DNA of 64,000 nt from Zygnema circumcarinatum SAG 698-1b (lineage: Eukaryota > Plantae > Zygnematophyceae). Both the position numbers and the translations under genes were made by a program. The DNA is taken from positions 2,108,001 through 2,172,000 of the forward strand of contig CM074815.1 in NCBI GenBank assembly GCA_037447605.1, given 5' to 3'. The notes under the pieces are model-generated. The model ran no database searches. It had not been told where the DNA came from and worked only from the letters and a program-made list of their open reading frames with translations. Positions 38,062 to 49,145 of this stretch are shown in pieces; the first letter of the stretch is position 1; the number at the start of each line of letters is the position of its first letter.

Positions 38062-38854
38062 CACGTGGCGCCCTCAGAAGGCCCCTCTACGCCACGTGGC
38101 TCACAGCTTTCGACCGCCGCACTGGACTCTGTCGACTAAGCACGGTTCTGTCACGTCACGTTTTATGAATAAATTCGCGTCCTGTTCTGAAAGAAGCGTC
38201 ACAGGCAACAAATTCGGCGCTTCACAGAGTGCATGGAATTTGCATGAAACGGCGCCTTTGACCGTACCTCTGGCTGACGTGGCACGATTCTGGTCCTGTC
38301 GTACGTCACAGCTGTACGTTTATCGAATCTTTGGGATGTGCGTCAATTCCATATTTTCCACGTGGCAAGATATTATTTGATAGAGGCTGTAAGTCATAGT
38401 GTCCGTACCGCATGCTTCCACGTGTGCACACCTTTGACGTTCGACAAGTGGAGCCTTCCAAAGCTGCCACGTGGCAGGCAATGGCTGCTGCAACTGGCCT
38501 TATGCTGTACGGTCAGCTGTCCCTGGCGTCTACGTGACACCCACTGTAAATTGAGTGGTCGAGGCTTCGTGGCTAACTATTCGCACGCGGCAGTGACTTT
38601 GACTAAAGCCGCCCCTGGCGAACTGTACGACCGTACGACCATACGCTCTGACCCGTACTGTAACGGCGCAGTTGACGCGCTCGCACGTCCGTATTGGTCA
38701 ACGCGCTCTAGATCCGTACAGTTCGCGCGCTCGCCCGACCTGACCAACTTCGACCTGTCCGAGTGGAGCTGGCGGGCGCTTGGAAGCTGCCATGTGGCAG
38801 TACGGCCACTCTGCAACCGCCACGTGGTGGTCTCGATTCGGACGCTTCCACGTG
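38062..38854. promoter_or_regulatory. Cluster of G-box/ABRE elements in the divergent region upstream of the NRPS
   Basis: CACGTG at 38062, 38093, 38359, 38419, 38468, 38821 and 38849; TGACGTGGC at 38275; near-palindromes CTGCCACGTGGCAG (~38464) and CTGCCATGTGGCAG (~38787). Confidence 0.55.
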
Positions 38855-39059
38855 TCACCTGCCTGTGAAGTGAGACGTGGTCCTGAACCGGTTGTCAGTC
38901 CTTATGGCGGTTGGCGCCGCAAGTAAGCACTTTCAGGTTCAAATTTCTTCGCCTTATCAGCAAAAAAAATTCGAAAACATCAAGAACCCAATTCAGAAAA
39001 TCGTCCGCTTATTAAACCTCACGTCTTATATTTTTTAATCATTCAGTAATAAGTAAGAA

Positions 39060-41743
39060 ATGGTGCAGCTAGAAACCCCCCCTCGGGGAGGTCCCAGGTC
39101 TCTTCGCCTGCTGGAAAAGGTCGATTTGGAGTGCGAGAGCGTGTTAGAATTTAGTTTGAACTCTTCTCTTATTGAAGGTTTAGCAAGGAACTTGAAGTTT
39201 GAAGGGGCAATTCAGCTGCCTGAGACCCTGCTGCTTGCCGCTTATTATACTCTTCTATGTCGATACCACCCGTTCATGAATTCAGTCACAGTGGCAGTGT
39301 TTCCGAGGTCATTTTTGTTAAGAAAATTCGAGTCTTCTACGGAGGATAAATTCTCAGAAGAAAGAAAGAAGACGTGGAGGGAAGTGCCGGTGAAGGTTAA
39401 GCTTCAAGAGGAGGAGGAGGAAGACTTGGAAAAGGTAAAAAAAATAAAAGTATTAACAATTCGGGACATTGTCGGTCAAGTCAGACAAGCCATGGCTGCC
39501 GAAGGAAGCGGCGAAAATTTCAATTCTGTCAGTGAAGAAGGAAAGGAAAAAGTAGGTGAAGAAAATGCTCTTGGGGCAGCTTTTGAAATTTATTTGGAGC
39601 ACCAAAAAATCCTCAGCTCCACGAGCGGAAATTTTTCAATTCTTCTGCGGCTGTCCAAGAATGGGAGTGGTTCAATTTGTGGGAATTTTTTTTACGATAA
39701 AAGATTTTACGACGCGGCATCGGTAGCCCGATTAGCGAGTAACTACATTTGCCTTCTGGATGGAATTTCGAGGAATACTGAATATTTGCATACTCCGTTA
39801 TATGAGTTACCGGTTCTCTCCGACATAGAACGGCATTTGGTGCTGGATGTGTTCAGCAAACGGAGCCTTCAGAGAGCTCTCCATTCGGAGCACGCCGAAG
39901 ATATTTCGCTTGTTGATATTATTAGAAGACAGTTTCAAAATCTATCCGGTAAAATTGCAGTAGTTGATAAAAGGGGCTTTATAACATATGGAGACCTTTA
40001 TATGCGAGCGAGACAGCTGGCATTGTGGCTGTTGAGGAGGGCAGAGAGGGGAGGGAGGGGGGAAGGAGAGAGGGAGGAAGAAAAGGGAGAGGAGACCGAG
40101 AGGGAGATGACTAGGGACAGGGTGGAGGGAGGAGAATGGGAGGGAGAGGGGAGAGCGCCGACAGTCGTGGGCCTCGGAATGCACCGAGGAACGGAATGGG
40201 TTGTTTCTATGTTGGGAGTTCTGTTGGCCGGCATGGCGTACTGTCCGTTGGACCCAACGTATCCGACGGCTCGTCTTGAAAAACTGATAACTGGAACGGA
40301 AGCGAAAGTGGTACTGGTAACGGAAGAATGTAAAGAGATTTTTGAGCATGTGAAGGGGGAGGGTCGAGCGGAGGTAGAGGTTGTGGTAGTGGGAGGGTGG
40401 AGAGGAGGGGCTAAGAATGAAAAGGGATGTGAATTTAACGACGAATCTAAATGGGGATATGGATATGAATGTAAGTGTGAGAACAGCTGTGAAGGGTTGT
40501 TAGAGAGGGCGCGACCGAACGGAGAATCGGTGTGCTATGTGCTGTTTACTAGCGGGTCAACCGGTGAGCCAAAGTAAGTTCTTTTACTTTCTTCGGTTTG
40601 AAGAGAAGAAGAGGAGGGTTCTCTTTGAGCTTCTTTTGCTGCATTGCGATTTTGGGTTTTTTTGGGGTTCTGGGTTTCTTGAAGGCTCGTAATTAAACCT
40701 TAATGTATGCTCTTCCCCCAACCCCCCCCCCCCCCCTCCCCCCCGCCCCCCAAAAGAGTGAAAACGAACTCGAATTTCAATTTCACTTGTACTTTCAGTT
40801 GAAACAAAAGATTCTGTAGAGCAGCAATTCTGTCCATGTGAGTATTTTGCCAGGTATGCTAATTTCAATTTTAATTTTCCATGTCTTTCAGTTCAGTGCT
40901 CTTCCTCGAATGTGAACTGATTTTTTATGTGTGCTTCCCCCCCTTTTTTTTTTTTTTTTCTTTTTTCTTGAACGATCTTGCAGAGGAGTGGTGGTTCAGC
41001 ACAAAGGCGTGCTCAACATGGTGCGTGCATTCCGCCACGTGTTGCCACGTGGCACTCCCTCCGACACCCGCGGCCAGCTGTCCGCCATGACCTTTGACCT
41101 CCACGCGATGGACGTGTTCTGTGCGTTCGACGTCGGCGGAACTGTAACTGTGTGCGACAAGGAAACGCTGTTGTCGGATCTCAGCGGGTTCATCGAACGG
41201 AACGGAGTGCATGGAACTGTGATTACGCCGACAGTGGCGGCGCTGCTTGAACCCGAAAATGTGCCCTCCCTGCAATGGCTCGCTTTTGGGGGGGAGGCAG
41301 TCCCTAGGGCACTAATAAACAAGTGGATTTCAGCAGGTAAATTTTAAATTTAATTTTTAAATTTTAAAAAATAATAATAATAATCGAGTTGGTTGGCTTA
41401 GATTAGAGGGGTTATATTTAAGTAAAATTTAGCTGTTATTTTTTTTTTAACTTCAATTTGCAGCTTTTTGCAGGACGAACCGTGATAGACCATTATGGCC
41501 CGACGGAGTGCTCTGTGGCTGCGGCTTGCCACGTGTGGAGGCCTGGTGATGACGTGGCAGATCACATCGGTAGACCGCTGGACGGTGCACATGTGAGAAC
41601 ATGCGACGCAGTTTTCAGTTCGTTGAAACTGAACGCATTTGTTGTTTCTTTAATTCAGTTTCTTTTTCGTGTGCGACGATGTTATTAACAAGGAGTGGAG
41701 GGGAAACTTTGAAGGAAGAGAGAAAAGCAGAAGCAGAGAGGAG

Positions 41744-41787
<44 letters not shown>

Positions 41788-42787
41788 CCGTTACATGCTC
41801 GTCAGATTAACCGTATCGCACAACGGAACTGCGCAGATCTATGTGCTGGGCCCCAACTTGGAGCTTCTTCCGATCGGAGTTCCCGGAGAGCTCTGCATTG
41901 CAGGTGTCCACGTGTCACTCGGCTATTTGAAGAGGAAAGATCTGACCAATCGCGTGTTCCAACGGAATCCGTATTCCGTTGGGCGCCACGACCGCGTTCT
42001 TTACAGAACTGGCGACAGGGGGCGGTGGCTCCATGAAGGGACAGTTCAGTTTTTGGGCCGAATCGACTTCCAGGTAAACAGTTACATGAAAATTCCCTTC
42101 TACCTTTTCTTTCAAATTTTACCATTTTCACTTCAATTTTTTTCTTTTTTTGTTGTGGGCTTCTTGTCGTCCTTGCAGCGATCTTCTTCACTCGTTGTCC
42201 ATTACTAAAGAATGTTTAAAATTTTTAAAATATCCCTATTATTTTTTTTTGCCTTCATTTCAGGTGAAAATAAACGGCAACCGAGTGGAGCCGGGCGAGG
42301 TGGAGGAGTGCGTGAGCCGCGTGACAGGTGTCGCGCGCTGCGCGGTCGCCCTCAGGACGGACGAGCGCGCCGGACCGTACCTGGCGGCGTACCTCGTGAT
42401 GGAGAGAGAGAGAGGGAGAGAGAGGGAGGGGGAGGGGGGAGGGAGGGAGGGGGAGGGGAGGGAGGGGGAGGGGAGAGGGAGGGAGCAGGAGAGGGAGAGA
42501 GAGAGGGAGAGGGAGAGGGAGATGAGGGCGAGGGTGAAGGCGGCCCTCTCTGCTGAGCTCCCCTCCTACATGGTGCCGACCGCTTATGTTATTCTCGACG
42601 AGTTTCCGCAGACTACGTAAGGCACTCGCTTGCCTTACTCTCTCTTTCTCTCTCTCTCTCTCTCTTCCTCTCTCTCTCTCTCTCTCTCTCTCCGTCTGTT
42701 CCTCTTTCCGTCCCTCGTTCTCACTCTCGCTCCCCCTCCGCTCTTCTAATTTGTCCTTGTCCTGCTGTTCCCTTCCATCTTTTCTAT

Positions 42788-42836
<49 letters not shown>

Positions 42837-45661
42837 CTCTCTCTCTCTCTAAATCTGCGTTCCACGTATCGACAGGTCCGGCAAAGTCGACCGGAAGCAG
42901 CTTCCCCAGCCCTTGCCCGAAGCATTTGTGGTGCGGGAGGAGGGAGAGGATGGGGGAGAGAGGGAGGGAGAGAGGGAGGGAGAGGAGGGAGAGAGAGCGC
43001 AAACCTCCTTTGAAAGCGAGGAGGAGCGCACAGTGGCTCGAGTCTTCAACGAGATTTTGGGGCTAAAATTGCAAAAAGTTTCCCGAACTTCCAATTTTTT
43101 CTCTCTTGGGGGAAACTCCTTTCTTGCCTCTCAAGTGGTAGCTCAACTCCGCCACGTGTTCGGTCTACCGCCGCCCTCTCTCACAGTGAGAGACTTGTTC
43201 CACTCTCCCATAGTAAAAGATCTCACTCAACTTCTAATAGAGAATGGAGGGAAGGAGGGGATGGGGGAGCAAAGGGACGGCGGTAGAAACGAGGTCAACG
43301 GAGTCAATGAAGTCAAAGTAGTTGACGGATTCAACAGAGTCAGTAACGTTGACTTTGCGTCGATAGTAAGAGAACTCTTTGGGATGAGGAAGAAGGGAAA
43401 GGAACGGTCGAACAAACTGCAGGGAAAGCGACGGTCACTGTTTAACGGAATTGCCAACGGAACGGAGGACGGTGGGAAGCATGGAACGAGGGTTCCGCTG
43501 TCGTATGCGCAGGACATGATATGGCTCGTGCTGCAGATTCTGCCTGAACCGGAAGTGCTGAACATCACCGATGTGTGGAAGGTGGAGGTGAGCTTGTAAA
43601 CAATGATTAGAAAAAAAAATAAAAATAAAAAATAGATAGTACATAAAATATATATATTTATAAATAAAAAACCAAAAAAAAAAAAAAATAGAAGTAATTA
43701 AAAAGTTAGTTAAAGGAGATGGCATTGACCTCACGATGGCGATGATGCCATCAAATGTACATGGACAAAATCAGCATCATGGGGAACCACGGGGAACTGG
43801 GCGCAAAGGACCTGAAGAAGTTAGTTAATTAATCAGACAAGAGAAAGTATACCCACTTTAAAGAACAAAAGCAAAAAGAAAAAAAAACGAGGAAAAAGGG
43901 ATTCATTAAGGGAGGGAGGGAATTAATGGTTTTTTGCTTTTCTTTTTTTGATTCCAGGGAGCATTAGACGAGCAGCGACTCGAAAGGAGTATCGCGCGGC
44001 TCCTCCGCCGCCACCAGGCGCTCCGTATCCGTTTCGTTTCCGGAAGGTCCCCCGCCGCCCGCCCGGTCAACGCGATTCTTCGGAGGTGGGGCCCACACGG
44101 AAGCGTGGCGCACGGAGACAGTGCCACGTGTGCCTCCAAAATCTCATCCGCGCTGGCCTACGCCTTCGGCCCCACCTTTCTGCGACACATGCACCAAATT
44201 GTCGGTCAATGCGTTGACCAGGTTGACCAGGACCCGGAAATTGTCCCCTTCCAGCTGAACAAAATCGATATTTCGCAAATTTTGGACCCCGAAAAGAAGG
44301 CGAAGGCGGAGAGGGAGGCCCTCGAGGAGGCGAGGAGGCCCCTCCGTTGGGGGGAACGGGGACTGCTGTTCCGTGTCACAGTTATACGGATTACGGGAAA
44401 CTCGGAACGGCTCGTGTTCGTCTTTTGTCACATGATTTTCGACGGAATTTCGGCGGGAGTTTTTTACAAAGAACTGGAAAGGATTTTTGAGAATGAGGAG
44501 GAGGAGTTGGAGGAGGTGGAAAGGTACGGACAGTTTGTGGAGTGGGAGGAGAAGTGGCTGAAAGGGGGGGCGGAAAAGAGGGAGCTCCAATACTGGAAGA
44601 AGCTTCTGGGAAGGGACCCGGAGCCTCTCCGATTACCCCTAAAATCTTCGGCAAAGAAAGTAATTTCCGCTCTGCCCTGCAGAGGGGAGTGGGTGGAGAT
44701 CTATGTGGACGCAGTTACGACATCCGTAGTACAAAATTTTGTACGGAGCATGGGAGCCACTCTCAATATGGGCCTCCTGGCAGCCTTCCACTGCGTGCTG
44801 TTCCTTTTTTGCCGCCAAAAAAAGGTCATAGTGGCAACGCTTGTGGGGAGGAGAGTGCTGGCGTCACACCAGGGAGTGTTGGGGCACATTGCTGACGTCA
44901 TGCCCATAGTCGCCGATTTCGGCTTTTTGGGGGGGAAGGAGGAGGTAGGGAGACAGGTGGGTGAGAGTTTGGGAGAGGAGGTGGGAGAGAGAGTGGGAGA
45001 GGGGGTGGGAGAGAGAGTGGGCGAGGGGGTGGGGGAGAGTGTGGGAGAGGGGGTGGGAGAGAGAGTGGGAGAGGGGGTGGGAGAGAGAGTGGGAGGGGGG
45101 GTGGGAGAGAGAGTGGGAGAGCGGGTGGGAGAGGGAGTGGGAGAGGGAGTGGGAGAGAGAGTGGGAGAGGGGGTGGGAGAGAATGTCCAAAAGCAGAAGC
45201 TTGTGGAGGTGGGTGAGGGGGTGGGAGACAAGCGAGAGAGAGTGGGAGAGCTTTTTAAGGAGGTAGTAGTGCAGGTGAGAGAGAGGACCCTGGAGGCTAT
45301 GGAGAACCAATCGGTGGTGTTCCGCTGCATAGCGAGTGAGGTCCTCTCCCACCCCGATCTGGCGAAGGCCCCTCTCATTCAAGCCATCTTCAACTTCTTG
45401 CAACCGGGTGGAAACTTTAGCCCCCATGGTTTAAAATTGGGGTCCGCAAAAGCGGAATATGATCTCGCGGCTTCGTGGGAGAGAGAGGGAGAGGCTGCTC
45501 TCACTCCTCTCTGTTTAAATGTGAGAGAGCAGAGAGATGGGAGTCTGAGGGCGAGGCTCGTCTTTCAGGCGGATGTGTATGGGAGGGAGATGGTGGAGGC
45601 CATGGCGGCGGAGTATAAGGCCATATTGGGGGCCATAGGTGCGGGGGGTCTAGAGAGTTAG
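39060..45661 (+). CDS. Single-module non-ribosomal peptide synthetase (half-C / A / T / C), 7 exons, ~1663 aa
   Basis: Exons 39060-40573, 40984-41336, 41474-41592, 41837-42073, 42264-42616, 42876-43587 and 43958-45661 sum to 4992 nt in frame. A-domain motifs [72 protein letters not shown] domain FFSLGGNS (Ser ~43117). C domain LSYAQ...RHQALR...CHMIFDG (44426-44446). Confidence 0.93.
43720..43815 (+). repeat. Dispersed repeat family, copy C (truncated), inside NRPS intron 6
   Basis: GGCATTGACCTCACGATGGCGATGATGCCATCAAATGTACATGGACAAAATCAGCAT...GGGGAACCACGGGGAACTGGGCGCAAAGGACCT aligns to copies A and B. Confidence 0.85.
44945..45185 (+). repeat. Coding tandem repeat (12/24-nt unit, VGERVGEG) within the NRPS terminal C domain
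   Basis: GTGGGAGAG(AGA/GGG) units repeated in frame in the last NRPS exon. Confidence 0.9.
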
Positions 45662-46711
45662 GATTTTAGGCTTGTTGAGAGAGGCTTTAGGGTCTTGAAA
45701 CTGTTATAAAGATTTTATTGGCTAATAAGAATATGCGGTTGACTAAAGAAGGGAATGGCTTTGGGAAAGTGCGGATATGTTGGGTGTGCCTCCTTGCGTC
45801 TCCCTTGGAGAGAGAGAGAGAGAGAGAGAGAGACCTCCCCTCCCTCTCTCTCCATTTACCAGGAACTCTCCTCTCTCTTGTCGTTCCTTTCCCTCTCCTC
45901 TCCTAGTTCTCCTTCCCTCCCTCGCTCCCCACAAGTATTGTACCTCTCCCATCCAGGCCCCTTCCTCTCCTCTCCCAGATTTGAGTTTTCGGATTTCGGT
46001 TTTATTTTATTGGTTCATCCATTAGTTCTAATATCGGCACAAATAGATATCGAGGAAACTGCGAAGGGTTCATGTTGCACATAATAGCAGCTTTTTCACA
46101 TTTCAAACTTCCTGTTTCCGTTTGAATTTCAGTTATAGAAACGAAATGAATGTGACAGGTCTAATTATATGAACATAGTCGCGCTTGTCAGTTTAACAAC
46201 TGAAACTGAGAACGCACGTGCCCTACTTCTACCAATCTATCAAGCGTACACCCTCCTCCTGGAGCCCAAAATCTGCAACTGTATGCTTATTCCAATTATG
46301 AACTATGTCTCTCGCTCTCTCTCTCGTACTGCAATGTCCCACTACCATCCCTTTCTCTCTCCCTATCTCTCCTTACCACCCTTTCCTCCACTCCTCCCGC
46401 TACGATCTACCCTCTCGTCTTCTCCCTCCCTCTCCACCCCTTACCCCCTCCCTCCCTCCCTCCCTCCCTCCCTCCCTCCCTTCTCCCTCCCTCCCTCTCC
46501 CCCTCCTTCCCTCTTTCCCCCCATCCCTCCCGCCCCTTCCCCTTCCCTCCCTCCCTTTCTCTCCCTCTAGCCTTCCCCTCCCGCTTCCCCTCCCAACCTC
46601 TCTCCCTCTAGGCCATCTCCTCCCTCCCTCCCTCCCTCCCNNNNNNNNNNCTCCCTCCCTTCCCTCCCTCCCTCCCTTCCCTCCCTTCCCTCCCTCCCTC
46701 CCTCCCTCCCT

Positions 46712-47876
46712 CTAGGCCGCCCCCTCCGGTGCGACCTCCGCCTCCGCATAGTCCTGCGCGCAGAGCATGAAGGCGAGGTAGGCGGGGAAGAGGCAGTACG
46801 TGAAGTTGAGTCCCACGAGCTGCGACCCGACGATGATGAGCGCCATGCCCCCCCACGACTGCGCGAGGTTCTGGAGGGCCACGTGGCACACAAACACGAC
46901 CGCCCCAACCGCCGCAACCGTGACGCCCGTCGACCGAGTCCGCGGGACGGCCCCGACCGCCACCAGCACGAGGTAGAGGCCGTACAGGACTTCGAGCACA
47001 CCCAAAGCGATCGTGATCTCGGGGTAGAAGACCATGTAAGGTGGGGCCACAACGGGGCTCATAAAGCGGCCGCTGCCGAGGCCCTCGCGGAGGATGGCGC
47101 CACAGGCGAGCTGGGTGCCTCCGCCAATGAGGACGAAGGCGGTGAAGGTAACGAGGCGGGAGCGGTGGTACTCGCCGTTGTAGATGGCTCCCTGGCCCGT
47201 TTGGAGCTTGTGGAGCTTGAAGGCGACGAAGAACTGGCTGCCTTGAAGACAGAAGCACACGGCAATGGAGCCCAAGATGCCCATGGCGGTAATGGCACGT
47301 GTTTGGTCGAGAGAGAGACCCATGATGGCGGTGTCGTTGCGGGCCTGAGTGAAGCCCGGGGCCGCCATAGTGTAGACGACGAAGGTGAACCAGCCCAGGC
47401 ATTGGCACAGGATGGTGCCCATAGTGGCCATGGGTGAGCCGATATTGAGGATGCATTGGGCCAGGCCGACGGCGAGGCCGGATAAGCCGAAAAGGACTTC
47501 AACCACTGCGCGAAAAAGAGAGAGACAGGAAATGAGAGGAGAATGGGTCGTCGAATAGGAGCGAAACTTGAACTGAACGAACGGCAGATTAATAATATTA
47601 GTAATATTAGTGGAAGGAGGGAGGGAGAGAAGGAGAGGGAGGGAGGGAGGGGGAGGGAGGGAGGGAGGGAGGGAGGGAGGTACCTCCGCCAATAAGAAGC
47701 ACGACGGGCGGGAAGGTGTGGTAGTTTCCGCCCCACTTGTCGGACGGCGTGTTGATGACGTTATCCGTACGGACGACGCCCTCCACGAGGATGAAGGCGG
47801 AGATGACCGCGAGCAGGCCCGAGGTGCGGACCACCTCCGCGAGGGAGGGCGCGGAGGGCTTCATGGCGGACCCCAT
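46712..47876 (-). CDS. Uncharacterised multi-pass membrane protein (~328 aa) with an internal repeat
   Basis: Exons 47876-47684 and 47505-46712 join in frame (GGA G|GTACCT ... CGCAG|TG). About 8-10 hydrophobic helices; strong GC3 codon bias; no family recognised. Confidence 0.8.
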
Positions 47877-48179
47877 GGAGGGAGACAGAGGGAGAGGGGG
47901 AGAGAGAGAGAGAGAGAGATCGGAACGGAGGGGGGGAAGAGAGAGACGAGAGAGACCGAGAGAGGAAGTGAGGGAGTTGCAGGGAGAAAGGGATGAGCGA
48001 TGTCGAGTGGGAGGGTGCTGCCGGCGGTTTTTGTACCCGGGTCGTCACGTCACGGTCCTGAAGGTACGGTACGGCGTACGGAAGGAGATCTTACTTTCGT
48101 GGGAAGCTTCCTCAGCAAGCGCCGGCTTGTACGATCCGCTAACGGTCGGTAGGTCGACACGGGAGTCCAGTCAGTAATG

Positions 48180-48370
48180 ATGGCGTCATATAACGTCACT
48201 CTCCATGCCTCGTCAGTCAACCAAAATGCAAATTTTATCCACGTCAGCAGAAAACGGATCGATGACGTCCAATAACGTTAATGGTCCTTGCCTCGTCAGC
48301 CGATTAAGAGACAAACTGCGTACACGTCAGCAAAAAACTGGTCTATGGCGTCATCGTCTTATCCCAGTTG
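48180..48370. repeat. Diverged ~83-bp tandem repeat rich in CGTCA (TGACG) motifs
   Basis: TGCCTCGTCAG...CACGTCAGCA.AAA...ATG.CGTC occurs from ~48206 and ~48289; about 8 CGTCA within 48180-48410. Confidence 0.7.
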
Positions 48371-48879
48371 GCCGGTCCTTTGGAGAATAAAGAGCGTGTA
48401 CGAACGTCAAATCTTAAGGTGCGCTTTTGAGGGCTTAGTAATTCAATGGACCAATGAACGATCGCCATGTGTACTTTGAGTTCACGTGGCTATTTCTGAT
48501 TGGACATTGATGTTCAATGAGAGGCAAATGAGGTTTCAGTTGACCAGTCATGCGGACGCTTCAGGGGAAATTCACGTCGTAGTAGGCCGTACGGCCTACG
48601 AAATTGCACTTTTGCTTTGTCGGTTTTGGTCGTACAAGGAAGTTTCGTACGAAGGTCTCTCCAGGAAGGAAGCTTCGATAGAAGGTTCCAGGGTAGCATC
48701 TTCCCACGAATCGGCAACAACTCTCACACATGCGGAATCTTGGCACGAGCCCATTTCCATGCGCCACCTGCCTTGTCTCGCAGTTTTACTGGACTGTCAG
48801 AATCTCTGTGGAAAGCCTACTTGTAGGTTCCACCACGTGGCGTCGTCCCATTGCCCAAAATGCTAAATGTCACCACGCT

Positions 48880-48972
48880 TCGTGACGTGACGTGTGTGAC
48901 AGCCTCGAGAGATCGGTGTGACGTGACGTTACATGACTTGATATTACGTGACGTGACGTGACATGACGTGGC
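48880..48972. repeat. (GTGAC)n-like array of TGACG/ACGT cores upstream of the glutaredoxin gene
   Basis: CGTGACGTGACGTGTGTGAC...GTGACGTGACGTTACATGAC...ACGTGACGTGACGTGACATGACGTGG. Confidence 0.7.
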
Positions 48973-49145
48973 GAGCGAGTCCCCTTTATTAGCGCAGCGG
49001 GCAGCACGCCGTCCGCCGCGGGCGACCTTTCTCTCTCCCCCTCGCACTTTTCGCGCCATTTCTCGTGCTGCAGCGCAGCGCTTCGTTCCCCCCGGAGGTC
49101 CTTTCCTTCGTGCGAGAGAGCGGGCAGGGAGACGAAGGAGACGAC

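Noticed and set aside
44144-45427. Minus-strand ORFs with (PTLS)n/(HSLS)n repeats
   Set aside because: They are antisense shadows of the NRPS last exon and its coding repeat.
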